DNA of 64,000 bases from Vulcanimicrobiota bacterium (GCA_003135555.1 PLCF01000085.1:1-64000), one strand, 5' to 3'. Positions 47,207 to 57,175 are shown, counted from the first letter of the stretch. The notes: generated from the sequence alone by a model not told the origin. Numbers and translations are program-made.

Positions 47207-48202
47207 GTGAGCCCGACCGGATTCGGCGCGAGCAATCCGCGAGCGTCAGTCGTCATGTGCGTTTACAAGGATCTGCGCTTTCTGGGTGAAGCGGTCGGCA
47301 GCATCCTGCAGCAGCATTTCAGCGACTTCGAGTTCATCATCGTCGATGACGGAACGGGCGACGAGACGGTCCAAAGACTCGCGATGCGAGACCCGCGCAT
47401 CAAGGTCGTGGTCAACGAGCGGAACGTAGGCGCAGCCGCTGCGAGCAATCGAGGGATCGCGGAAGCGCAATCCGACATCATCGTTCGCCTGGACGCCGAC
47501 GACGTGGCGGAGCCGACGCATATCGGACGGCTGGTAGCGGACCTGGAGCGAGATCCCGACCTCGGCTTAGTCGGAAGTTCCGTCCGATTCATCGATGAGG
47601 AAGGGCGCCTCCTGGGCGCACAGGGCATGCCCGAAACCGATGTCGACGTGCGGTGGACAATTCTGTTTCACAATCCGTTCTACCACTCGTCGGTCGCCTT
47701 TCGCCGAAGCTGTTTCGAAGCAGCAGGCCCATACAAGGAAAGCGAACTGATCTCCCACGATCATTTCCTCTGGTTTAGTATGCTGGATGTTTGTCGGGCG
47801 CACAACATTGCGGAGCCTCTCTTGCGGTACCGAATAAACCCGCGCGGGCTTACGGGGCAACCTTCGAAGAACCCGCGGGGAAGGACCCATGCCATCCGTG
47901 AAAAGCTGTGGGCGCGTCTGGGGTTGAACTACGATCTGTACGACAATGTCCTCGCCGCGGATATTAGTGGGGTTTTGCGGGGCAACGACATCGAGCCGCT
48001 GCGGCGCGGTCCCGCATACGATCGTATGCTGACGGTGTTACTGCGGTTTGCGGCGATGATGCAACCGCTAGCGCGCGACGAGGACCGCGCCTCGCTGCGT
48101 CGGCTGACTCGGGGTTTGGCCTCACGCGTGCTCGACAGCCCTCCTGCCTTGCCTCACGAGCTGGATCGAGTCATGCGTCTGTGCTCCGCATTGGAGTTGT
48201 AG
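47207..48202 (+). CDS. Glycosyltransferase family 2
   Basis: SVVMCVY; FEFIIVDDG; RLDADD. Confidence 0.9.
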   Translation: MSPTGFGASNPRASVVMCVYKDLRFLGEAVGSILQQHFSDFEFIIVDDGTGDETVQRLAMRDPRIKVVVNERNVGAAAASNRGIAEAQSDIIVRLDADDVAEPTHIGRLVADLERDPDLGLVGSSVRFIDEEGRLLGAQGMPETDVDVRWTILFHNPFYHSSVAFRRSCFEAAGPYKESELISHDHFLWFSMLDVCRAHNIAEPLLRYRINPRGLTGQPSKNPRGRTHAIREKLWARLGLNYDLYDNVLAADISGVLRGNDIEPLRRGPAYDRMLTVLLRFAAMMQPLARDEDRASLRRLTRGLASRVLDSPPALPHELDRVMRLCSALEL

Positions 48203-49145
48203 CGGTGCTGCTCAGCCAAGCGATCACGTCGTCGCCGATTCCGAGCACGCGCATGCGGTTCAGCAGCTCGTCACGGTATGCGGCGCCGAGCAGCCAGTGA
48301 TAGTGAAGCAGGACGATGTCGAGCTTCGGCCAACGGAGCTCCCCGTCGCTATCCGTGATCAGGTTCAGCGGCACGTTGTAACGCTCGTCGTACACCAGAA
48401 CGTCGCGGGTGCTCGCATGGATCGCCACGCTCATCGCGGCTTGGCTGGAACCCCACCATTCGCTCGCGTCGAGGCCGACATGACCCGTCGATGCAAAAAC
48501 GGAGACTCCGCTATCGCGTAGCGGCCGCAGGTCGTGCAAGCGGGACTCCTCGAACACGCGACGCACTTCGCGGAAGATACCGAGCGAGCGCCGCGCGATG
48601 CAAAACCCGCCGTTGTAGCTGGCGCGGAGCCGGGTGCCTTCGATGGATGCCGTCACGTACGGCAGCGCGTCCGGCGAGATGCCGGCGATCTCGCTCATCG
48701 AGGACCAGTAGGGGTCGAGCGGGTCCCCGATCCCGGTTGACGCCGAGCCCTTCATGTCGACGGGGCGGACGCCCACGTCCGCGCGGCGGAACGACGGCGC
48801 GCGGACGAAGAGCATGTCGGAATCGAGCAGGACGATGTATGCAGTGTCGAGGTGCGACTCCGCCCAGCTGCCCGTCACGATGCGGTTGATCGTCAGATAG
48901 GGGCTGCCGGTCTCGTTGAGCGGCTCACAGACGTAGCGGCAGCCAAGGTCTGCCAGCCGACGCTCGCTGTGTGCCGAGATGGGATGGATCGGACGCGGAT
49001 TGACCGCGACGATCGGGGAGGTCGCGTAGACGCCTCCGAAACGCCGGATGCTCGCGCACAACACCAAAGCCTGCGCCTCGATCGCGGTACCTTCGATGCA
49101 GCAGACGAACGTGATCTCGTGCGGCTCGATCTCGTCTGACGGCAT
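48171..49145 (-). CDS. Putative GT-A-fold (GT8-like) glycosyltransferase; ORF is open upstream to 49397
   Basis: QALVLCASIRRFGG; LLDSDMLF (DxD); YNGGF; RYNVP; LLHYH. Confidence 0.6.
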   Translation of the reverse strand: MPSDEIEPHEITFVCCIEGTAIEAQALVLCASIRRFGGVYATSPIVAVNPRPIHPISAHSERRLADLGCRYVCEPLNETGSPYLTINRIVTGSWAESHLDTAYIVLLDSDMLFVRAPSFRRADVGVRPVDMKGSASTGIGDPLDPYWSSMSEIAGISPDALPYVTASIEGTRLRASYNGGFCIARRSLGIFREVRRVFEESRLHDLRPLRDSGVSVFASTGHVGLDASEWWGSSQAAMSVAIHASTRDVLVYDERYNVPLNLITDSDGELRWPKLDIVLLHYHWLLGAAYRDELLNRMRVLGIGDDVIAWLSSTATTPMRSTDA

Positions 49146-49397
49146 CAGCTTCACAGCCGGGTCGCAGAGCACGGACCGCGCGTCGCTGCCGAGGCCGCGC
49201 AAGACGGGCTCCCGGGCGTACACGCTGACGAGCAGATCGAGGTCCCAGCCGCGGCGCCGGGATTCATCGACGAGCCCCAGGCCCTCGTAGTACCGGTGCC
49301 CCCCGAAGGTGCTGAGGCGGTGATGCAGCGCGCCGAGTCTCACGGTTGGCGGATTCGGCGCTCCGGATAGTGAAGTCCGTTCAATGGCTAGTAGCAA

Positions 49398-49997
49398 ATG
49401 AACCGGGCGCTGATCGTCGTGGGCGGCCTCGTCATCATCGTATTGATCGTGGTGATGGCGCTGGCCGGTACCTATAACCGATTGGTCACGCTCGACCAGG
49501 CGGTCCAGTCACAGTGGGCGCAAGTCGAGAGCGTCTATCAGCGACGCGCCGATCTGATCCCAAATCTCGTCGCGACGGTCAAGGGCGCCGCGAACTTCGA
49601 GAAGAGCACGTACGTCGCCGTCGCGGAGGCGCGCTCGAAGGTAGGTCAGCTCAACCTTGGGAGCGGGGTGCCGAACGACCCCGCCGCGTTCGCGAAGTTC
49701 ACCGCCGCGCAGGACGGCCTCTCGTCGGCCTTGTCGCACCTGCTGGCGGTCGTCGAGAACTATCCCGACCTCAAAGCGACCCAGAACTTTGCGGATCTTC
49801 AAGCGCAGCTCGAAGGGACGGAAAACCGGATCGCCGTCGAGCGAATGCGCTTCAACCAGGCCGCTCAGGCGTTCAATACCACGCGCGACACGTTCCCAAC
49901 CGTGCTCGTCGCGGGCTTGTTCGGGTCGCGCTTCAACGAGAAGGCGTATTTCAAATCGCAGCCGGGTTCCGAGACCGCTCCACAGGTGAAGCTCTAG
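49398..49997 (+). CDS. lemA: LemA family protein
   Basis: YNRLV; YQRRADLIPNLV; ENYPDLKA; LEGTENRIAVER. Confidence 0.95.
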   Translation: MNRALIVVGGLVIIVLIVVMALAGTYNRLVTLDQAVQSQWAQVESVYQRRADLIPNLVATVKGAANFEKSTYVAVAEARSKVGQLNLGSGVPNDPAAFAKFTAAQDGLSSALSHLLAVVENYPDLKATQNFADLQAQLEGTENRIAVERMRFNQAAQAFNTTRDTFPTVLVAGLFGSRFNEKAYFKSQPGSETAPQVKL

Positions 49998-50001
49998 CCG
50001 G

Positions 50002-50793
50002 ATGCGCGCCATCCGTTGGCCCCTGGCGCTGGTGATGCTCGTCGGGCTTATGAGTGCGGCGAACGGCGCCGAGGTCTCCATCCCGCCCTCGCCGGCGCAA
50101 TGGGCTACCGACACGGCCGGCTTTCTGAAGCCGCAAACAATTGCGACCCTCGACGCTCGCCTGCGCGCGTATCAAACCAGTACCGGACATCAGGTTCTGG
50201 TCTACGTTGCGCCGACGACCGGTACGACGCCGACCGAGGACTGGACGGTGCGCGCGTTTGCACGCTGGAAGGTTGGGCGCAAGGGGCTCGATGACGGTCT
50301 GATCCTGTTCGTCTTCCCGAACGATCACAAGGTGCGCATCGAGGTCGGCTACGGGCTCGAGCAAACCGTCCCCGATGCGACCGCGGCACGCATCATCCGC
50401 GACGCGATCACGCCCAAGCTTCGCGCCGGACAATCCGACGACGCCGTGTTCGCGGGCGTTGACGCGATTCTCGGCACGATCGGCGGCGAAGCGCGCGGCA
50501 AGGGCGACGTTGCGTCGGTTCCGCGCGCAACGCCGGTGCCGGAGTATTCCGACACCGGTACGGACCCGGTCGGGGTCGCACTCGGCGTCCTGCTGGGCCT
50601 GCTGATCGTGATCGGCGTTGTCGTTACGGTCGCGCGCATGCCTCGCGGACCGTATATCAGTAGCCGCAGCACCGGGTTCGGGCTCTGGAGTCTGCTCTCG
50701 GTGGGCGCCGGCTTCGTGGGCGGCGGCGGCGGCGGCGGATTTTCGGGAGGCGGCGGTTTCTCGGGCGGGGGAGGAGCGACCGGGTCATGGTGA
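50002..50793 (+). CDS. TPM-domain protein (YgcG-like) with Gly-rich tail
   Basis: WKVGRKGLDDG; RIEVGYGLE; FSGGGGFSGGGGATGSW. Confidence 0.92.
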   Translation: MRAIRWPLALVMLVGLMSAANGAEVSIPPSPAQWATDTAGFLKPQTIATLDARLRAYQTSTGHQVLVYVAPTTGTTPTEDWTVRAFARWKVGRKGLDDGLILFVFPNDHKVRIEVGYGLEQTVPDATAARIIRDAITPKLRAGQSDDAVFAGVDAILGTIGGEARGKGDVASVPRATPVPEYSDTGTDPVGVALGVLLGLLIVIGVVVTVARMPRGPYISSRSTGFGLWSLLSVGAGFVGGGGGGGFSGGGGFSGGGGATGSW

Positions 50794-51194
50794 ACGCGGG
50801 GCTGCACCGGTTCGTCGACAAGAAGCGCGTTCGGGAGGCGATCGTTCGGGCCGAAGAAGCGACGGCTGCACCGATCGCGGTTTCGATCGTCCCGCACGTC
50901 CCGGGCGACGTTCATGCTGCGGCGCTGCGTGCTCTCCATCGACGTGGTCTGTCCCGCGCGCCCGATCGCAATGCCGTGCATTTCTTCGTCGTCCCGTCGC
51001 GGCGCGAATTTGCGGTCGTCGGCGACGCGGGGGCCCACGAACGGCTCGGGCAAGACGTGTGGAATAGCGTGGCCGCGACGGTCGAGAAGCATTTTCGCCT
51101 GGGCGATCCGACCGCCGGCTTAGTTGCAGGGATCGAAGAAGTGGGCCGCCATTTGGCACGGCACTTCCCGCGCCAGCCGCCCTCCTCGCGCTAG
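50787..51194 (+). CDS. TPM-domain protein
   Basis: AIVRAEEAT; RNAVHFFV; FAVVGDAG; LARHFP; typical lemA operon partner. Confidence 0.85.
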   Translation: MVNAGLHRFVDKKRVREAIVRAEEATAAPIAVSIVPHVPGDVHAAALRALHRRGLSRAPDRNAVHFFVVPSRREFAVVGDAGAHERLGQDVWNSVAATVEKHFRLGDPTAGLVAGIEEVGRHLARHFPRQPPSSR

Positions 51195-51230
51195 AAGTAC
51201 ACGATCAGCGGCTAGCGCCTTCGGCGAAGC

Positions 51231-51659
51231 TTAGGCCGGCTGGGCCGCGGGCGGCTTGAGCGCGGTGCGGTAGCCCGCATAGACGGCGATCGCATAGAAC
51301 AGCACGTCCATGATGTTGAAGTCGGCGCGCAGCGCGTCTACGGCGAATGCGGGCCGGCGTGCTAACGCGAGCAGCACGACGGCGATCGGATAGTGCTCGT
51401 GCTGCGCGATCGTGACGCCCACGGCGCCCAGATTGCCGAGCACGCAACCCAAGAACGCGACAACGCCGGCGATGACGCCGTCGGCGCGTTCGCGCCCGCC
51501 GCTGAGCGTGCGCATCCCGAGGCCGGCCAAAAAGCCGACGCCCAGCGCCATGTAACCGATCTGATAGCTGGTCGCCGCGGTGATGGCGGCCCAGGCGATC
51601 GCGCCGACGATCGCGCCGGCGATTGCGGCGAGCGTGCCGGCCAGGAGTTTGGGGCTCAT
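51231..51659 (-). CDS. Small integral membrane protein
   Basis: Hydrophobic; YQIGYMALGVG; DVLFYAIAVYAGYR. Confidence 0.75.
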   Translation of the reverse strand: MSPKLLAGTLAAIAGAIVGAIAWAAITAATSYQIGYMALGVGFLAGLGMRTLSGGRERADGVIAGVVAFLGCVLGNLGAVGVTIAQHEHYPIAVVLLALARRPAFAVDALRADFNIMDVLFYAIAVYAGYRTALKPPAAQPA

Positions 51660-51719
51660 GAGGGTCTTTTCGAACGGTTGCTCTGCCGGCCCTTCCCAGC
51701 GTGCGGGTGACCTGAGCGG

Positions 51720-53120
51720 CTACGTCGTTGCCGGAACGGGCGCGTTGTCCTCGAGCAGCGCCGTGAGCTTCTTGCGACGCCAAAAACCGTAGTAGTAGAT
51801 CGTCTGGAAGATCAAGCCGCAGCAGAACGCGACGGGATAGGCCACCCACACGCCGCGCAAGCCGTATTTCGGCGCGAGCGCGTAGGCGACCGGGACCTCG
51901 ATCGCCCAGATGGCGATGATCGAGAGCAGCGTCGGCCACACCACGGTGCCGCTCGAGCGCATCAAGCCCGAGAGCACGCTGGTGGTTCCGAAGACCGCGT
52001 AGCTCCACAGCGTGATCGCGAGCAAGTCGTGCGCCGTCGCGATGACCTTGGCGTCGGTGACGAACAGGGTGAGGATCGCGTCGTTGAAGACGTAGACGAG
52101 CCCGATGAGGGCGCCGCAGATCACCCAGTTCAAGCTGATCCCGGCCCGGGCGATGCGCCGCAAGCGGTCGAAGCGCTTGGCCCCGATCGACTGCGCGCCG
52201 AAAATCGAGGATGCGATCCCGATCGAGATCGCCGGGAACTGCACGTACGACACGATCTGGTTCACCGCACCGTACGCCGCGGTCGCCGACGAGCCGAAGC
52301 GGTTGACCAGCGAGATGACGGCGATCTCGGCCAGCGATACCATGACCATTTGCAGGCCGGCGGGGATCCCGATGCGCACCAGCGCCGCCAACAGCTTTGG
52401 TTCGATGTTCATGTGGCGTACGATCGACATGTCCAGCGCGAGCGGGTTCTTCTCGGCCGCCAAGGCGATGAGCAGGTAGGCGAGACCGAAGACATTGGCC
52501 ACGATGTTGCCGACCGCCGCGCTCACGATCCCGAGCTGTGGCAGCCCGAACCAGCCGCGAATGAGCGCCGGCGTCAGGACGAGGATCAGTGCGGTGCTGA
52601 CGATGAGCGACAGGAACGGCGTCCGCGAGTCGCCGGTGCCGCGGACGAACGTCGTGTAGGCGAGGTAGACGAAGAGCAGCGGCAGCGCCAAGAACGTGAC
52701 GTGCGCGTAGGCGAGCGCATCGTCGAAGACGTCCAAGGGCGTGCCGATCAGGTGCAGCAGCGGCGTCAGAAAGAACCAGCTCGCCGCGCCGATCACCGCG
52801 CCCGCGACGAGCGCGACGGCGAGCGTCGTGCCGGCGACCGCCTTGAGCCGCTCCTCGTTGTGGGCGCCATAGGCTTGCCCGATCAGCACCGTGCTGCCGC
52901 TCGCGATCCCGATGAAGAACGCGATCATGAAGAAGAGGATCGGGAAAAGCGACGACGCGGCCGCGAGCGCGCCGACCCCGATGAGCCGCCCCAGGTAGAT
53001 GCTGTTGAGCGTCGCCGACGCCGACTGCAAAATGTTACTGAGCATCAGCGGGACGAGGAAGACCAGCATCGCCTGCCAGATCGGCCGGGAGTCGTCGAGG
53101 GCGAGGCGGCGCTGCTGCAT
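51720..53120 (-). CDS. MATE family efflux transporter
   Basis: PLMLSNILQ; RGTGDSRTP; RIGIPAGLQ; many TM segments. Confidence 0.93.
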   Translation of the reverse strand: MQQRRLALDDSRPIWQAMLVFLVPLMLSNILQSASATLNSIYLGRLIGVGALAAASSLFPILFFMIAFFIGIASGSTVLIGQAYGAHNEERLKAVAGTTLAVALVAGAVIGAASWFFLTPLLHLIGTPLDVFDDALAYAHVTFLALPLLFVYLAYTTFVRGTGDSRTPFLSLIVSTALILVLTPALIRGWFGLPQLGIVSAAVGNIVANVFGLAYLLIALAAEKNPLALDMSIVRHMNIEPKLLAALVRIGIPAGLQMVMVSLAEIAVISLVNRFGSSATAAYGAVNQIVSYVQFPAISIGIASSIFGAQSIGAKRFDRLRRIARAGISLNWVICGALIGLVYVFNDAILTLFVTDAKVIATAHDLLAITLWSYAVFGTTSVLSGLMRSSGTVVWPTLLSIIAIWAIEVPVAYALAPKYGLRGVWVAYPVAFCCGLIFQTIYYYGFWRRKKLTALLEDNAPVPATT

Positions 53121-53182
53121 CCGGGACAGTGTGCCCCATCCGGGGACACCTCTCCCGCGCGGCGAAACCACGTCCGCGCGGC

Positions 53183-53254
53183 GGGCGATTAGCTCAGCGG
53201 GAGAGCAGCTCCTTTACACGGAGAAGGTCGGCGGTTCGAATCCGTCATCGCCCA
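53183..53254 (+). tRNA. tRNA-Val (UAC); CCA not fully encoded
   Basis: GGGCGAT/ATCGCCC acceptor stem; CTCC-TT-TAC-AC-GGAG; GGTTCGAATCC. Confidence 0.95.
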
Positions 53255-53387
53255 CATCCGGCATCCGTCCTTGTCACATTGCGACACCCATACATCCGAA
53301 CATCCGAGTCGCAGACATGCGGCCATGCCGATAGGCGTGACATGCGGATATGCGGGCATGCGCACGTCGCGACATTGCGACATGAGT
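53254..53387. repeat. Degenerate 8-bp-period tandem repeat (consensus ~ACATSCGR) abutting the tRNA-Val 3' end
   Basis: acattgcg acacccat acatccga acatccga ... acatgcgg ccatgccg ... acatgcgg atatgcgg gcatgcgc acgtcgcg acattgcg acatgagt. Confidence 0.8.
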
Positions 53388-53446
53388 TTCATCTTGACGG
53401 CGTAACGGGCGCACATGCGCACCGATGTAAATGGCGCTGGCCTTTT

Positions 53447-54121
53447 CTATTTGCTCACTAGGACTCTCGTGAGGTCGAAGAAGCTGTCAGATGGAGCGCC
53501 GCCCGGATACGTCTGTCGCTCCTCGCCTTTTAAGCGCATCTCGGTGATGATGCCGTTCTGGATGGTAACCGCACCGTGTGAACGTCGTCTGATGGTTCCG
53601 CTCACCATCTGCGTTTCGACCTGCCCCATTTGCGACCACGATCCGGCGAACGACACGTCCAGGACGCACCGACGACTCTTCTCGTCGACGCTCGTCACAA
53701 CGACCTGGACTGTTCCCCGATCCCCGAACGTGCTCTGCACCACCGCACCAGACCACTTCGCACCCACCGAAAGGACCGCTGGCGGAGTGCCGAACATTTG
53801 CGCAGTGTAGCCTAACGGAGCGATGCCTTCCGTAACCGGGCCGTCGCCGGAAAGCAGCGTGAGCGTGTCGGTATTCTCGCGGAACTCCCGCGTAGTCTTG
53901 TGCCCTTCCGTGACTGCGTCGACCGAAAAGCGCAAGTTCGGTTGACTGTCGATTGGCTGCGGGAGAATTCTAACCGTCGTGTTGCTTACAATTGTGTGAT
54001 CGAACGGACCCGTGATCCGGCGCCTCGTTTGGAACTGCAGCACTTGGTTAGGTGCGACCTGCGGTACCAGCATCGTCGACGGTGTCGCAAGAGCGAAGAC
54101 GACTGCAGCAAGTCCGAGCAT
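53447..54121 (-). CDS. Secreted beta-strand-rich hypothetical protein
   Basis: N-terminal hydrophobic signal; GGAGAG RBS; LSVGAKWS motif. Confidence 0.65.
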   Translation of the reverse strand: MLGLAAVVFALATPSTMLVPQVAPNQVLQFQTRRRITGPFDHTIVSNTTVRILPQPIDSQPNLRFSVDAVTEGHKTTREFRENTDTLTLLSGDGPVTEGIAPLGYTAQMFGTPPAVLSVGAKWSGAVVQSTFGDRGTVQVVVTSVDEKSRRCVLDVSFAGSWSQMGQVETQMVSGTIRRRSHGAVTIQNGIITEMRLKGEERQTYPGGAPSDSFFDLTRVLVSK

Positions 54122-54182
54122 GCTAAGACAACTCTCCGTGAGACGGCAATGGGACTTGTGTCAAGTACGGACGCCACGAGAC

Positions 54183-54211
54183 GGGACCTCGGCGTTCGGA
54201 GCCGAGGTCCC
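54183..54211. terminator. 11-bp GC hairpin just downstream of the peptide gene (mRNA stabiliser or attenuator)
   Basis: GGGACCTCGGC-GTTCGGA-GCCGAGGTCCC; no T tract. Confidence 0.65.
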
Positions 54212-54217
54212 CGAGCC

Positions 54218-54445
54218 TCAGTTGCAACCGGGTGTGCAGTTGATGGTGTACGAGCAGTCCGCATACATCGTTTGCCTGCACGTCCAGCATTGGCCCGCAT
54301 CGTCCGTGTAGGTGTAGTTGTGAACGAACGGCCTCGTCTTGCAGCCGGTGCCACCGTCACACTGGGCCGACGCGGGTTGCGATAAGGCGAAGGCGCCAAA
54401 AGCAATCCCAAGGGCCAGGAACGATTTCAGAAAGTAGGACTTCAT
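54218..54445 (-). CDS. Secreted Cys-rich peptide (75 aa; 48-aa mature part with 7 Cys)
   Basis: RBS AAGGGTGA; MKSYFLKSFLALGIAFGAFALSQPASA|QCDGGTGCKTRPFVHNYTYTDDAGQCWTCRQTMYADCSYTINCTPGCN. Confidence 0.78.
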   Translation of the reverse strand: MKSYFLKSFLALGIAFGAFALSQPASAQCDGGTGCKTRPFVHNYTYTDDAGQCWTCRQTMYADCSYTINCTPGCN

Positions 54446-54668
54446 ACACTCACCCTTAATAGAGGCGCCTAGGAGGCGCTCGCAAGCTTGCGTCGTAGCC
54501 AATAGTCGCCGCGACGATGGCCAGATTGTGCCTTAATGAGCCAGTCCCTGCTTGCTTTCCCATAGGGAAAAACCGCGCGATGAGCTAACGGCGGGCTAAA
54601 ATTGTTCGAAACTGGCTCCAAGGAGTCGATTTCCGAAACGGTTACCCAAAAACGCTTAGGGTGAGGCG

Positions 54669-57062
54669 ATGAGGCCGATGTTCGCGAGCGCATGCGTCGA
54701 TTGGCTGATGTGTCGGCGGTGGCGCGCAGGCTTGGCACTCCTGCTCGCGGCGGTGTTTTGCGCGTCCGCGCTCGAAGTTGCGCGTGCTGCGCGAGGTTTG
54801 GTTGACGTACGTGTCCTCGTACGAGATGGTGCGACCGGTAAGCCGATTGCCGGTGCACTGATTCGCTTCGAGGCCAAGACCCGGAAGCTGCTCGGGCGCG
54901 CGGACCTCGACGGCGAGGCCCGATTTGTCAGCGTGCCGGCCGGCGACTACGATCTCCACGTCACCGCGCAGGACTTTCAAGATGCGCTCGTCGTCGCCCG
55001 CGTTGACGGCGAAGCGGACTTGACGTTGACGGTCGCGCTGAGAGCCGGATTGCCGCAGATCGGTTCGGTTTCCGCTCGTCGCGACACCGCCGTAGTCACG
55101 GTGTCGCGAGATGCTGCCTCCGCACGCCTGTTTCCGGATTTTGCCGATGTGCTCAACCGACTGGCCGACGCCTCGATTTCGGTTGACCAGTACGGGCGAC
55201 TTGGCGCCGTTTCGTTCGCAGGCAAGGACGCGTCGCTCTCCACGGTCACATTTGACGGCGTCGATCTCTCCGACCCAGTAGCCCGACACGCGATCGACCC
55301 CGATCTGATACAATCTGCCAGGGAAAGCGCGGCGTCGGCGACTCTGGACCTGTTCACGCTTGGGCCGACCCCATGGACCCAGTACGTCGCGGACGATGTA
55401 CTCAGCGGATATCACGGCGCGCGCACGAAGTCAACAGTCCAAACCACCGTCGGGAATGTCGGCGTCGTTGGCGAGTACGCATCGAGCTCGCAGCGAAGCG
55501 CGTTGTACGGCGCGCGCTATTTGGATTCCAGCGGGCTCGACTATGTTCACCGAGGTCGTTTCGCGAGCGATTCGGTGTTGCTGAAGGTGACTGCGCCTCT
55601 CGCGCAACGCGTCACGGCGGAGACGGAGTTTCTGTCCACGTCGTCACGGCAGCAGCCGTCCAGTCCGTATTTTTCTGGAGCGCTTCCAGCGGGAAGCGGC
55701 CCCGGGACCTTCAGTGATTCTTCCTCCACGATCGCGAGGGTCGGAATAACGGCAAATCCGGGCCACTTCTTGGTTCAATCGGGGCTTTCCGTGGTCAACA
55801 CGAACAATGTCACGAACGAACTGGCGCGATACAGCGCAGGGCAGCCCGACCCTCTGTACGCGCAAGTCCGTGGAAGACAAGTGCAGGCGAGCCTCGGCGT
55901 CGTCGACCTCGTGTCCGCTCGCGAAACGCTGAATCTGAATCTCTCCAGCATTGCGAACGACAACCACTTCACTACCGTTGTCCCGCGGTTTCAGCTAGCA
56001 TCACTCGATACTCGTGACTACACGCGCACGACGCGGCTTTCGATCCGTGACGCGCGCAGCTTCTCGTCAGCGCAGCGCCTCCTCTTCGGATTCGACGAGA
56101 GCTTCGACAATCACGGTAACGCGGGTCTGACCGCGACGGCTTCGTTCGACGTCCGAGTCGGCTCGGACGACTTCCGCCTTGGAGTCTCGCACGGAAGGGA
56201 CCTCGCAAGCCGGAGTTCGGCCTCAGCTTTCAGTGATCCACAATCCGCGTCGTACGATTGCGAGAGCGGAACGATCATTGTGGCCGGGCCCAATCAGCAG
56301 CCAACCGCTCCACGGGCCTCGGATCTGCGCCTTGATTGGGTTCACAAAGGTCGTCGTTCAGAGCTCAATGTCGAGGTTGCGCAAACGCTCTACAGCGACG
56401 TCTCCCTGTCGAGCGCCTACGTTCCGATCTCGTCCATTCCGGTCTCGATAGTACCTGCGGGATATGTCGCATCCCTGCTTGGCGCCTTCACCCAGATCGG
56501 CGGTTGCCCAAGCAGCCTTGCGGCACCAAGTCTGTACGTCACCGAGAACATCAGCGGCGCGCAGACGCGTTATGTCACGGCTCGAGTTATCGCTACCACA
56601 CACGTAGGCAGCCGCCTACAGGTGCAGTGGGCGGCGGAAGTGCAACGCGCGACTCTGGTCAGCGCGCCAGCGGTCTTGCTTGGAATCGGGTCGCCATACG
56701 TGCCAGGGGGCCAACTACCAGGTGTGCCGCTGTTTCACGCGACCGCGACGGCCGATCTGCCTTGGCAGAATCGTCGCACGGAGAGCATTCTGAGCTTAGG
56801 CTTTGTTAGCGGCAACAACGAACGCCATCTACCGGCTTATGTACAACTCACTGCCGGGGTCGCACACCGTTTGAGCGAGAACGTAGATGCGTTCCTCATT
56901 TTCGCGAACGCCGGGCACGCCTACGTGGGCCTATTCAACTCCCCGTTGTATGCCCAAGGGGTCCCGACAATCGGCGGCGGAACCCTACGGACCTTCGCCG
57001 CACCCCTCGTGCAGCCGAACGTGCACTTGAACGTCCGAGTAAAGGTCCGCCACGGCGACTGA
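54669..57062 (+). CDS. TonB-dependent-receptor-like outer-membrane protein with carboxypeptidase-regulatory-like N-terminal domain
   Basis: VRDGATGKPIAGA...VPAGDYDLHVTA; plug-like DVLNRL...TVTFDGV; beta-barrel-like C-terminus (NNERHLPAY). Confidence 0.72.
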   Translation: MRPMFASACVDWLMCRRWRAGLALLLAAVFCASALEVARAARGLVDVRVLVRDGATGKPIAGALIRFEAKTRKLLGRADLDGEARFVSVPAGDYDLHVTAQDFQDALVVARVDGEADLTLTVALRAGLPQIGSVSARRDTAVVTVSRDAASARLFPDFADVLNRLADASISVDQYGRLGAVSFAGKDASLSTVTFDGVDLSDPVARHAIDPDLIQSARESAASATLDLFTLGPTPWTQYVADDVLSGYHGARTKSTVQTTVGNVGVVGEYASSSQRSALYGARYLDSSGLDYVHRGRFASDSVLLKVTAPLAQRVTAETEFLSTSSRQQPSSPYFSGALPAGSGPGTFSDSSSTIARVGITANPGHFLVQSGLSVVNTNNVTNELARYSAGQPDPLYAQVRGRQVQASLGVVDLVSARETLNLNLSSIANDNHFTTVVPRFQLASLDTRDYTRTTRLSIRDARSFSSAQRLLFGFDESFDNHGNAGLTATASFDVRVGSDDFRLGVSHGRDLASRSSASAFSDPQSASYDCESGTIIVAGPNQQPTAPRASDLRLDWVHKGRRSELNVEVAQTLYSDVSLSSAYVPISSIPVSIVPAGYVASLLGAFTQIGGCPSSLAAPSLYVTENISGAQTRYVTARVIATTHVGSRLQVQWAAEVQRATLVSAPAVLLGIGSPYVPGGQLPGVPLFHATATADLPWQNRRTESILSLGFVSGNNERHLPAYVQLTAGVAHRLSENVDAFLIFANAGHAYVGLFNSPLYAQGVPTIGGGTLRTFAAPLVQPNVHLNVRVKVRHGD

Positions 57063-57175
57063 TTGCAGCAAACTCAGAGCATCTTCTTCCGGGGCTTGCG
57101 CAGGTCCGGTTGCCTGGTCGTCCCAGTTCGTCGCTTGGCGGCGAATAGCTGAGCCTGAAACGTTAAGTCCCAGCG

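Noticed and set aside
53129..53461. ORF spanning tRNA-Val and the octamer array (HPYIRTS...)
   Set aside because: Overlaps a tRNA gene and merely translates the repeat; no RBS or family support.
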